Positions 54,343 to 64,000 of a stretch of 64,000 nucleotides of DNA are shown piece after piece. The stretch comes from Eledone cirrhosa (lineage: Eukaryota), in assembly GCA_964016885.1 (NCBI GenBank), contig OZ024755.1, positions 5,642,001-5,706,000 of the forward strand. Direction: 5' to 3'. How positions within the stretch are numbered: the first letter of the stretch is position 1; each line of letters opens with the position of its first letter. A program made the position numbers and the translations under genes. Under the pieces are notes generated by a model that had not been told where the DNA came from, ran no database searches, and saw only the letters and a list, made by a program, of their open reading frames with translations.

Positions 54343-54985
54343 GTTACTACTACTACTACTGTTACTACTACTACTACTGTTACTACTACTACTACTACTA
54401 CTACTGTTACTACTACTACTACTACTGTTACTACTACTACTACTACTACTGTTTCTACTACTACTACTGCTACTACTGCTGCTACAACTTCTACTGTGGC
54501 TGCTGCTGTACTACCACTACTACTACTGTTACTACTACTACTACTGTTACTACTACTACTACTGTTACTACTACTACTACTACTGTTACTACTACTGCTA
54601 CTATATACTACTGTTACTACTGCTACTACTGCTGCTACTACTACTACTACTACTGTTACTACTACTGTTATTGCTACTACTACTACTGCTACTACTACTG
54701 TTATTGCTACTACTACTTCTACTACTGTGGCTGCTGCTGTACTACCACTACTAGTACACTCCCCACTACAGCTGCTACCTGCTACCACCACTACTACCAC
54801 CACCACGAACACAGGTGCTATTAAGAACTACAGACAACTCCGTCTCCTCCTGTAAAGGCATCAATAAATCGCTACTACTACTACTACTACTACCATTAAC
54901 CCTACTACTACTAGCACTACCACTACTACTATACCACCACCGGCACTGCTACCAACACCACTACTACTACTATACTACTACTGCT
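53980..54985. repeat. (ACC/ACA) and (CTA/CTG)n compound trinucleotide repeats
   Basis: Seen directly. Confidence 0.92.
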
Positions 54986-54995
54986 AAGGGGAACC

Positions 54996-55271
54996 ATATT
55001 CATCCAAAATATTAACAAAAATAGAACTTACACAGTACGTCCTCATCAGATAAAATATCTTTTAATATTTTATCTGATGAGGACGTACTGTTGAAGTTAG
55101 CTCAGTACCTCTGAAATATGTATAATAAAATATACTTGATCACAATGAAGTTCTATTTTTGTTAATATTTTGAATTAATATTAATAACTCCGGAAAACCA
55201 TAACTGTTGAGTGCTTCCAATCTATTGTAAAACTAATTCTTTGATTTATTCATTGAACCTTGTTTAACCTT

Positions 55272-55276
<5 letters not shown>
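54996..55276 (+). mobile_element. Fold-back element family E, second copy
   Basis: Same sequence as 22026-22443 but with a different fold-back point (about 55060) and an internally deleted short arm. It ends in (TA)n. Confidence 0.9.
55066..55132 (+). ncRNA. Minimal type I hammerhead ribozyme (family E)
   Basis: tattttat-CTGATGA(55074)-ggacGTACTG..CAGTACctct-GAAA(55113)-t atgt ata-ataaaata, with an intact 8-bp stem I. Confidence 0.77.
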
Positions 55277-55310
<34 letters not shown>

Positions 55311-55444
55311 AAAAAGGAAAAGAATGAATTTACTTGTAGTTCTAAACAATTTGATTTAATTTTATAATATTATGAGTTGGTAGAATATATATACACACAC
55401 ACATATATATATATACACATATATATATATATGTATATGTATAT

Positions 55445-55580
55445 GCAAAAGGAAAACAAAGCAAACGACACAGTACAATGAAGAAACATATTATTAGTTT
55501 TATGCTTGATATAGTAGGAAAAGTGTCTTAACGTTTCGGAAGCTAGTCCTGCATCAGAAAAAGGAATGAGAAATTATAGA
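55445..55580 (-). mobile_element. Family H PLE-like terminal fragment with decayed hammerhead core
   Basis: Minus strand ttCTGATGCaggactagcttccGAAACgttaagacac (G8-A9 reads GC), followed by the family H tail. Confidence 0.65.
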
Positions 55581-56170
55581 AGAAATAGTAAGAGAGAGGA
55601 GAGTGAGCAATGGCAGAGGAGAGAATGGAGTGAAAGAGAAAAAAAAAGAAAGAGAGAGAAAAGTAGAGAGAGAGAGAGAGGGGTCAGTTTTTTGTATGTT
55701 TTTATTTGGTCGTATGTCTACAGACAAAAGATCGTGCAACTTTCAGAAAATGAGAAATTTCTAAATCACCATGCTTAGCCTTCGAAGCCACAATCACAGC
55801 AGGCATTTTCATTTCATTAGTAAGCATAGTTATTTTAATTGTTATTTTCTGAAATAGAAGTTCAATAAAAATAAGTCAAATAAAATAATGACTAAAAATA
55901 CATGTCCTCAAATACCGTACGCATCCTATACTATCACATCTTCACGTCATCTTTTCTAAAACCAGGTCGCGTCTCTTAACATCTTATTTTTCTTGAAATT
56001 ATTGAAATTTTCTCACGAGGCATATGTAAAATAGCTTTGCTATACAATATTGTGTTGCCAATATCTGTTTTCGTTTTTTTTGTTTTTGTTTGGAATATAA
56101 AATGCATCATTGTATCCGAGTATAAGACGCATCTTTATTTTGGAGAGTGGACGCAATATGATTAAATAAA

Positions 56171-56345
56171 GGTTTCTGATTTAGGCACGAGGCCAATAAT
56201 TTAGGGGGAGGAAAAAGTTGATTAAATCGACCCCCGTGCTTTATTTTATCGACCCCTTAAAGATGAAAGGCAAAGTTAACCTCGGCGGGATTTGAACTCA
56301 GAACATAAAGGGATATAACAATGTTGCAAAGCTCTACCAATCCTG
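56171..56345 (-). mobile_element. SINE family S1
   Basis: S1 core and reverse B box gggatttgaactc. Confidence 0.85.
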
Positions 56346-56354
56346 CAATCATTA

Positions 56355-56680
56355 GGTCCTTGGTTTGATCCCACAGGGTGACATCTCGGGCTGGTATCAT
56401 TTATCATAGCTTTGTGAATGAAATTGTGTAGACGGAGACTATTTGGAAGCCTGTCGTATGAACTGTGTGTGTGTAATTCTGTAATTCAAAGAAAAGGCAA
56501 GCGTTGTTCCACACAGTGTCACGCTGATTATACTCTACCTGAGAATCACTTTAAAGATACTCGGCGTGTCTGTGGAATGCTCAGCCACTTAGCCAGTAAT
56601 TTAACGATTTTACTATCAAGCTTTTCCGATGATCGAACAGTGGAACATTCATCGTCGAAACTGACGGAGGACCATGACAT
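56355..56680 (+). mobile_element. Third SINE-like family (S3), diverged
   Basis: B-box-like ggtttgatccc head and body gtagacggagact..gaagcctgtcgt. The tail ctgagaatcactttaaagatac..cgtgtctgtggaatgctcagccactt is related (reverse) to 35700-35800. Confidence 0.6.
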
Positions 56681-57661
56681 TTTGTAGAAAGATTCTCAGA
56701 AATATGTATCTATTTTGAGGTAAGATTTTAGGGTAACTATGTATGTCTCATAGACTGTAACAACACGGTATATATTTTGTTGTCAGGGCTGGTGTATAAT
56801 ATTTTACTAATACAATAATAATTAACTTTGGTATGTTCACAGATGGAACCATTTCCGTTCTCTCCCCTTATCTCTCTCCCTAGCCATCTAACTACCTATC
56901 CGTCTTTCGCTCTATCAATCTCTCTATCAATCTCTTTCCGTCTCTTTCCCTTTACCAATCTCCCTCTCTATCAATCTGTCTATCTATCTCTCCCTCTCAC
57001 TTACTCTCTCTCCATACCTATCTCCCTCTCCATCTCTCTCCCCATCTATCTATCTATTTCTCTGTATCTCTCTCCCTCTTTCGCTCTCCCTCTATCAATC
57101 TGTCTGTCTATCTCTCCCACTCACTCTCTCTCTATCTATCTCACCCCTCCCTCTATCTCTCTATATCCCCCCTCTCTCCCTCCCCACTCTATCTATCTTT
57201 CTATCTATCTATCCCCTCCCTCTATCTCTCTATATCTCTCCCCCTCTATCTCTCCAGGCAAATATCTGTTATTGTTTAGAGTAGAACAAGTCACATAAAT
57301 CAGTAAAGAATTCCTGAATATATTTAATTATTTATGACAATGTCAGAGTAAGTTAGATCTCCCTTACTTGTATTTACATATCCCAGAGAATAACATTGTT
57401 CCTTAGTTTCCTCTGAAGCACCAGTTGATTATACTTCATTACTCACATCATTTCTTGCTTTACATACTTTCCATTAACCCTTATGATATATGATGCTTTC
57501 CTTGTTTATTACATAGCTGCGACTTGTTATGAAGTTTCACTAGTTTTTCATTTGCTGTTTTATCTAAAGAAATGAGCTTATTAAGCTCGACACATTGTAG
57601 GATTAATTCCACGGATGTGATTACAGTCTCTGATATATTTCCTACATAATTGGGTAGAGTG

Positions 57662-57900
57662 AAGACCGGCGTGTGACTAACTGGTTAGTCTGCTGGACTG
57701 GACTCATTATTATGAGGTCAGGAGTTCGATTCGAGGACCAGGTGGTGCATTGTGTCTTTGGGCTGAGCATTGGGACTTTGAGCGGAGCATTGTGACTGAG
57801 TGGAGTATTATGACTGAGTGGAGCATTGTGACTTTGAGTGGAGCATTGTACACTCACTCTCTTCACGCCATGGGAACCAAGATAGGCCTCCGGGCTCGAG
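57662..57900 (+). mobile_element. Degenerate S2-like SINE with an internal 20-bp duplication
   Basis: B box gagttcgattcg and a repeated tgactgagtggagcattg. Confidence 0.55.
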
Positions 57901-59327
57901 ACAGAGCTTTACTTGGCTGGAGGTCATCTCAGAAGAGGGTCCAGCCTAAATTTATTAAAAGAGAAACGAAGGTCCTGAGTTCGATCTCACTGTATGACAT
58001 CATGGGCAAGTGTCTTTACCACAGCCCCAGAACGATAGTCAAATTGAGGGTGAAATTAGAGAGCCGGAGCGAAACTGTCACATATTCTGTCAGCTGATTC
58101 TGTCTCAGAATTGCTTTAATCATACAAGTGCGCGCGTGTGTGTATGGAATAGTTCGTAACACGTGACTTCACGGGTCGGATGCTGGTTTACAATTTCAGG
58201 ACCTCATATCAGAAGTGAAAGACAAACAAAAACAATATGATAAGTGTAAACGAAGAAAATCAGCAAAGCGCAACAGTCCCCGACAAAGTCACAAGAAGTG
58301 ACGAAAGACATTGAAGAATCAAGCGGTTAATTAGTTGCTTGATGAACTGATTGAATGATTTGATATTTGATCAATAAAACTAACGTGAAATTTAGAGGTG
58401 CGTGTGTTTTCATTGGCAGTATGACACTCCGAAATAAAAACAATATCTGAATATTTGCTAAATGTATATTTCAGTCAATGAAACATATATATGCCCGCAA
58501 ATTTTTGGGAGCAAATCCCTTTTTTATATTTATAAAGTATAGCGTTGTGACAAACATAACAGCGTGACAAATTATTTGCCTACTTGGCAATTTAGTTAGA
58601 CATTGTTCCTTATTGTCATACAATCAAACTCCATCGAGTTCTCCTCTGATCTTTATCATCACTGGTTTCATCAAATACGTAACCATCAATTACTATGGCC
58701 CATCCAATCAACTTTATAACTTCCCATTAAAATATCTAATCGTTGTACTAATATATAGAATTTCTTTGGTCTCAAAAAACAAATCTCACTCTCACAAGCA
58801 AAAAAATATCTGAATATAATTTAGGGCAAAGAAATTAGACTTTGTGGTGTTCCTTCTTTTCTCAATTATGTTTGAAATGTGAGTTAAGTAAAATGGCTGC
58901 CGTTGACTGTCCTTTTGAGGAAATGATATGTTGAGATGTTCTTACTTGTACATCAATTGAAGGCCATTTTAAATGAGAAGTGAAATTTGGTGGCGAATTA
59001 TTTCATTCTCCATGAATTTATTGATTCTATACTGACTGTTAGATAGAAAAAAGATTAATCCTCGCCATTATTGGAAATTGTTATCAGATATGTCTACAAC
59101 AAAGAACACTTTGCCATCAAGAAAACTACATGAAGATAAAAAACATATATACATATATACATTTATTACTATTACTATATACGTTATATGTATACATATA
59201 CATGAACATACATATATACATATAAATATATACACATATATGCACACACATATATACATATACATACATATATATATATACATACATGCACACACAAACA
59301 TACATATATATATATACACACACACAA

Positions 59328-59372
<45 letters not shown>

Positions 59373-59398
59373 AACATACATATATATATATATATGTT

Positions 59399-59446
<48 letters not shown>

Positions 59447-59449
59447 AAC

Positions 59450-59480
<31 letters not shown>

Positions 59481-59815
59481 AACATATATATATATACACA
59501 CACAAACATAGATATATATTATAGATATATACATGCACACAAACATACATATATATATACATACAAACATATATATATACATACACACACATGCATAAAT
59601 ACATACATAAACATATATATATATACATACACACACATGCATAAACACATACATAAACATATATATATATATATATATACATACACACACATACATAAAC
59701 ACACATATATATATATATATACACACACACATACATAAACATATATACACACACACACATGCACAAACATATATATATATATACATACACAAACACATAT
59801 ATACACACACACACG

Positions 59816-59855
<40 letters not shown>

Positions 59856-60535
59856 GTCAGTAGAAACCATTAGCAGCTATGTCCAGCCAGACTCACTAAG
59901 TAGTAGAGCTGAACCAGTCGGCATTTGAGATTTGAAATTCCCATAAGCAAGCAATAAATAAATAAATAAACAAACAAACAAAATAATAAAATAAATAAAT
60001 AAAGAAGATAAATAAATAAATAATATATAAAAGATCAAACGACAGATCGCTAAAAGTGGAAAGGTAAAACTACTGTGGTATTTTAAAATCTACGTTTTCA
60101 AAGAAATATACGTGAAAGAGCAGACAGATTCATTAAATGCTAACAACTAACAAATGTAGACATCCAAATTTATATTGTCATCTCATTTTTTTTTTCTCCT
60201 CCGAAAGGAAAGAACGGAATGAGACTAGACAAGAAGAAACGAAGAAGAGTTAAAAGAAAAGAAAAGTAACAAATGTATGAGATATAAAGCTAGAAAAGAC
60301 AGAAAATGAAGCAGTTAACATCCATTCTGTCAAATTATTAGAGTCACGGGAAGATTCATTATAATAAAGATATGGGAGAAATTGTTTGACTTAAGTGCTA
60401 GAGTAAAACGTGAAGCAATTGCTTTTGACTGTGTACAAGGCTATTTTCATTAGAATAATATATGATTGAATCGGCCTTTGTATATTACTGGTATAGATGT
60501 AATCGATCTTGAGGCATATATATATATATATATAT

Positions 60536-60762
60536 AGTTATGTAATAAACAACATAAGATAATTATTTCATTTACCAAAGGTTTTACGAAGACAGACGAA
60601 GACTGATGATTGAGGGCAGACGTTTGTGCCAAGCTCGTCTGTCTTCGTGAAACCTTTGGTAAATGAAATAATTATCTTATATTGTTTATTACATAACTAA
60701 AAAGCTCTGTAGCCTACATAGAGCGCTCTCTTTTCCTTTACCTTTCCTACGGAAATACTTCA
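60536..60762 (+). mobile_element. TA-embedded fold-back element family F
   Basis: Inverted arms of ~63 bp (60536-60599 and 60635-60699) and a tail at 60700-60762, with (TA)n on both sides. Confidence 0.9.
60603..60665 (+). ncRNA. Hammerhead ribozyme core (family F), 5' strand of stem I lost at the fold-back junction
   Basis: CUGAUGA-U UGAGGGCAGACG uuugugccaagcu CGUCUGUCUUCG U-GAAA-CC UUU G GUA-aaug. Stem II is 12 bp with three G-U pairs, and stem III is 3 bp. Confidence 0.78.
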
Positions 60763-60780
60763 ATATATATTATATATATT

Positions 60781-60950
60781 TATTAAAATAACAGATTAAA
60801 GTTTAAGCAAAGAATCGCAGCGATTCTTTGCTTAAACTTTAATCTGTTATTTTAATAAATATTTGCTCTAGCGTTCTTATATATTTGATATATATTTATC
60901 CTTATCGAGCCCTCTTTGAATTTTAGTCTTCACATTTATTATTATAACTA
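60781..60950 (+). mobile_element. TA-embedded fold-back element family C
   Basis: Perfect 37-bp hairpin tattaaaataacagattaaagtttaagcaaagaatcg-cag-cgattctttgcttaaactttaatctgttattttaata, then a ~93-nt tail. Confidence 0.9.
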
Positions 60951-61307
60951 TATTTATATATATATATATATATAGTGACTATCTGTAGTACTTTTGTCAG
61001 ACAACTTTATTAATTACTTCACGTATTAATCAATATTTTACCCCCCCCCCCACATATATATAAAATATAATAGTGGGGATGAAATAATACTTTTCAAATA
61101 TATGCTCTCATTAGAAGTGGCTCTAGCATAGATATATTGTATATACTTTTATATACATCCCTATGATGAAACACGCTATGTCAGTGCTACTTCTAATTAC
61201 CCCCCTTTCACCAGCCAAGTTCGCACTATATACAAATGAGCATGACTTGTCGATGTTTCATACATAAAGACCATACAGGCTTTAGCTTATTCATCTCATT
61301 GCGACGC

Positions 61308-61640
61308 TTTTGATTCACCTATCTAAAGCAGCTCAGCGTGTGATTCACCAGTTTAAACCAGTTCAACCTTTGATTCACCTGTCTAAAGTAGCTCAGCGTG
61401 TGATTCACCAGTTTAAACCAGTTCAACCTTTGATTCACCTGTCTAAAGTAGCTCAGCGTGTGATTCACCAGTTTAAACCAGTTCAACCTTTGATTCACCT
61501 GTCTAAAGCAGCTCAACTTTTGATTGACCTCTCTAAACCAGCTCACCTTTTGGTTCATCTATCTACATTAGTTCAACATTTGATTCATGTGTCTAAACCA
61601 GCTCAACTTTTGATTCACCTGTCTAAACCAACTCAATTTA
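61308..61640. repeat. 30-bp minisatellite with a 60-bp dimeric higher-order unit (3 copies)
   Basis: tgattcacctgtctaaagtagctcagcgtg alternates with tgattcaccagtttaaaccagttcaacctt, followed by diverged monomers. Confidence 0.92.
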
Positions 61641-63926
61641 TTCCGGGTGAATATCGACAAAAAAAACAACACTTAAGTAATTTTGGACTAGTTTCAATTT
61701 CCATTACCTGTATTTAACTTTACACACTCCATAGCTACTTACAGGCGAAAACATGAAGATCACAATTTATTAGTGTTCTATAACTGAAGTTAGTGAAAAC
61801 CATCCTTGAGTAAGTAGAATACATTATTAGAGCTCAGACTGACAGTGTTGACATTTATCATTGTTTCTGCTGAGCAAGCAGTATTGGTTTTTTCATTAGT
61901 TATTCAGACCCTACTGATTGGAGGAAAATTGAAATTTATAAAGTTCCAGCATTTTTCAAGCGCAGCAACAAAGTGACGTGTTCAGTTTATCTCACATTTA
62001 AACTTCCAACAATATGTCATTTTTAGAACGTTCTGTGTAAGAATAGGTTTGTTTCGAGCCAATTTTAGATTATGTAATAAAACATTTCCTCTCCTACCTA
62101 ACTGCTAGCAGAACAGGTAGAGGGCGAATGATTAAATTCTGGTGCTTCGAACAAACTGGAAACTGACAAGTAATGTGATGACCTACAAGGGCGAATTATC
62201 TCTCTCAAAAATAGAATAATTAAGAAAATCATGCTTAGATGCAAATTTTACATAGAAGGTATTGTTCGTGAAACAAAATTTCCTCTAGCTCATACAGGTT
62301 GTTTCCATACTTTATATAGAAAGCAACAAGTATCAGAGCGCTTTCCGATTCAGCAAGCTGAAGCCAACCTTTTATGTTAGTAATGAAAGACAAGAGATAG
62401 AAAGAATTTTTAAAAAGCCCTTCCAGCCTTTTAGCTGTTAAAGAAGCTACACATGCATTCTATTCTGTTATGCACAACCACAGCCTTAGGTTAACAACTT
62501 ACAGTAGCTATTTTAAAATAGAATTCAGTCATGCTCACGCGAATCCTGAAGGCATTATTGAACGTAATTGCTTGAGCTGAAGAAGAAATTAACTCTGATC
62601 TAGGTGACTGTCATTGTTTCCTTCATTTCACACAGACAACAGCAATCATATTATATTAAATTGATTTCTTTTATGCATAAATGTTTCCAACCTTATGTAG
62701 TTAGTGATATTGAATTTCTTCAATTGAAAGAAGAAATGAAAATAAAAAGCTTTTAGGGAAAAGCTTCAATTAGTAAGCAAATTAGAGTGTTCTAGTTAGA
62801 GTATAGTATTATTCTAAGAAGAATAACAAGAACGTATAGTGTCTGATGCCACAAACAACTGTACTTGAACACACTTATCTGAATGAAAGGTTTGCATGGT
62901 TTACATAGAGCAGCATAGGAATAAAGTTTAACACACAATTCACACAATTGACGCGACTCACATTCTTTTTATCTAACATTATAATAGTGAGACAACATTT
63001 TTAGGCAGCTGTTAATCGATAATTATAAAGTTGTTATTCTACATATTGTGTCTTCTTTTTCCTTTTTGGTTTGTATTGACCATTGGCTAGCATTAGTAAC
63101 AATATTAAAGAACAAACGAATAACCAACCTTTAGTCAAGTCTACAACATCATTTGAAGGTATATTATGAATGGTTAATTGTTGTCATTCATTGATATCAA
63201 GTGATAATCGTTTGATAGCCGCCACAACCATTTCATGGAAACTCTTAAACAGACAAAATAGGTTTTCACTGCGTACATCACTAACTCAATTTACTCACTA
63301 AAATGTGCTTTTGCCTTCTTTCCAATAAAACAAATCTGAACAATACAAATACCATTTTGTAGTCTATTCTGTTTTCCTAAAACCTTTTTTCGGAATATAA
63401 GACACAACGTTACTTTACGAAAAGAAAAATTTAATATTCAGCTCTGCTAAAACATGGCTTCCGTAAAGTATATTATGGTTGTATTCATACCTTCCGTATA
63501 CAGAGAGCAAATAGATTTTGACATAAAATTTTCCGGTAAAAATATGCATCTTAAACAGTGGAAAATATGGTAATTCTTAGGCAATAAAACTTCATAACCA
63601 AATCTCACATAAAATATATCACACTTCTAAGTATTTAATTCTCCAAGCTAGAAATATATTCTACTTTTATACACCGGAAAATACGTATGCCGTGTGGTAT
63701 TTTATACACCACACTCAATGATCTCCTTCCAGCAATGTAGCTTATATTTCATTTGAACAATATGAAAATGAACTAACTAAAGGGCCTCTAAGAAATATCA
63801 GCCAAGTTATCATGTTATAAAGGCTTAAAATAGGACATATTGGATAATATTACCCGGGAGACACTGAGCCTAAAATAAGGTCGGGGTGGTTTATAGCTGC
63901 AATGGCTTTCATTATATGTCTGCTGA

Positions 63927-64000
63927 AGGGCAGTGGATTAGCAGTAATCGTTAGAGCGACGGACAACATGCTTTACGGCTTAGAGTTACGTCTCTGTTTC
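63927..64000 (+). mobile_element. SINE S1 5' end, runs off the window
   Basis: gggcagtggattagcagtaatcgttagagcgacggacaacatgct matches the S1 head. Confidence 0.75.

Noticed and set aside
61310-61717. IHLSK..Q.. decapeptide repeat ORF
   Set aside because: It comes from a 30-bp minisatellite, has a non-ATG start and shows no recognisable domain or splice support.
61700-63700. Possible decayed pogo/Tigger transposon (TIR-like ttatacaccggaaaatacgta near 63670)
   Set aside because: No matching second TIR or readable transposase motif was found by eye.

Overview
This is AT-rich, microsatellite-saturated eukaryotic non-coding DNA. The SINE families and microsatellite load resemble an octopus (cephalopod) genome, which is an inference. 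No intact protein-coding gene is supported, and almost all listed ORFs are translations of simple repeats. The window holds more than 20 tRNA-derived SINE copies, RTE/CR1/Penelope-like (PLE) retroelement relics, Tc1/mariner and hAT MITEs, and minisatellites, several of them built from retroelement pieces. The main signal is a set of at least 6 repeat families of short (70-420 bp) elements, plus single copies, sitting in or beside (TA)n tracts. Five families share one architecture: a fold-back (inverted) 5' arm, usually a whole or partial minimal type I hammerhead ribozyme, and an unpaired 3' tail with a shared TATYGAGYRCT-like motif. About ten hammerhead cores (CUGANGA...GAAA...NUH) can be folded by eye, several with palindromic stem III loops. 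A decayed PLE-type reverse transcriptase fragment at about 0.9-1.36 kb is a candidate autonomous relative. All alignments and folds were done by eye, and repeat boundaries are approximate.
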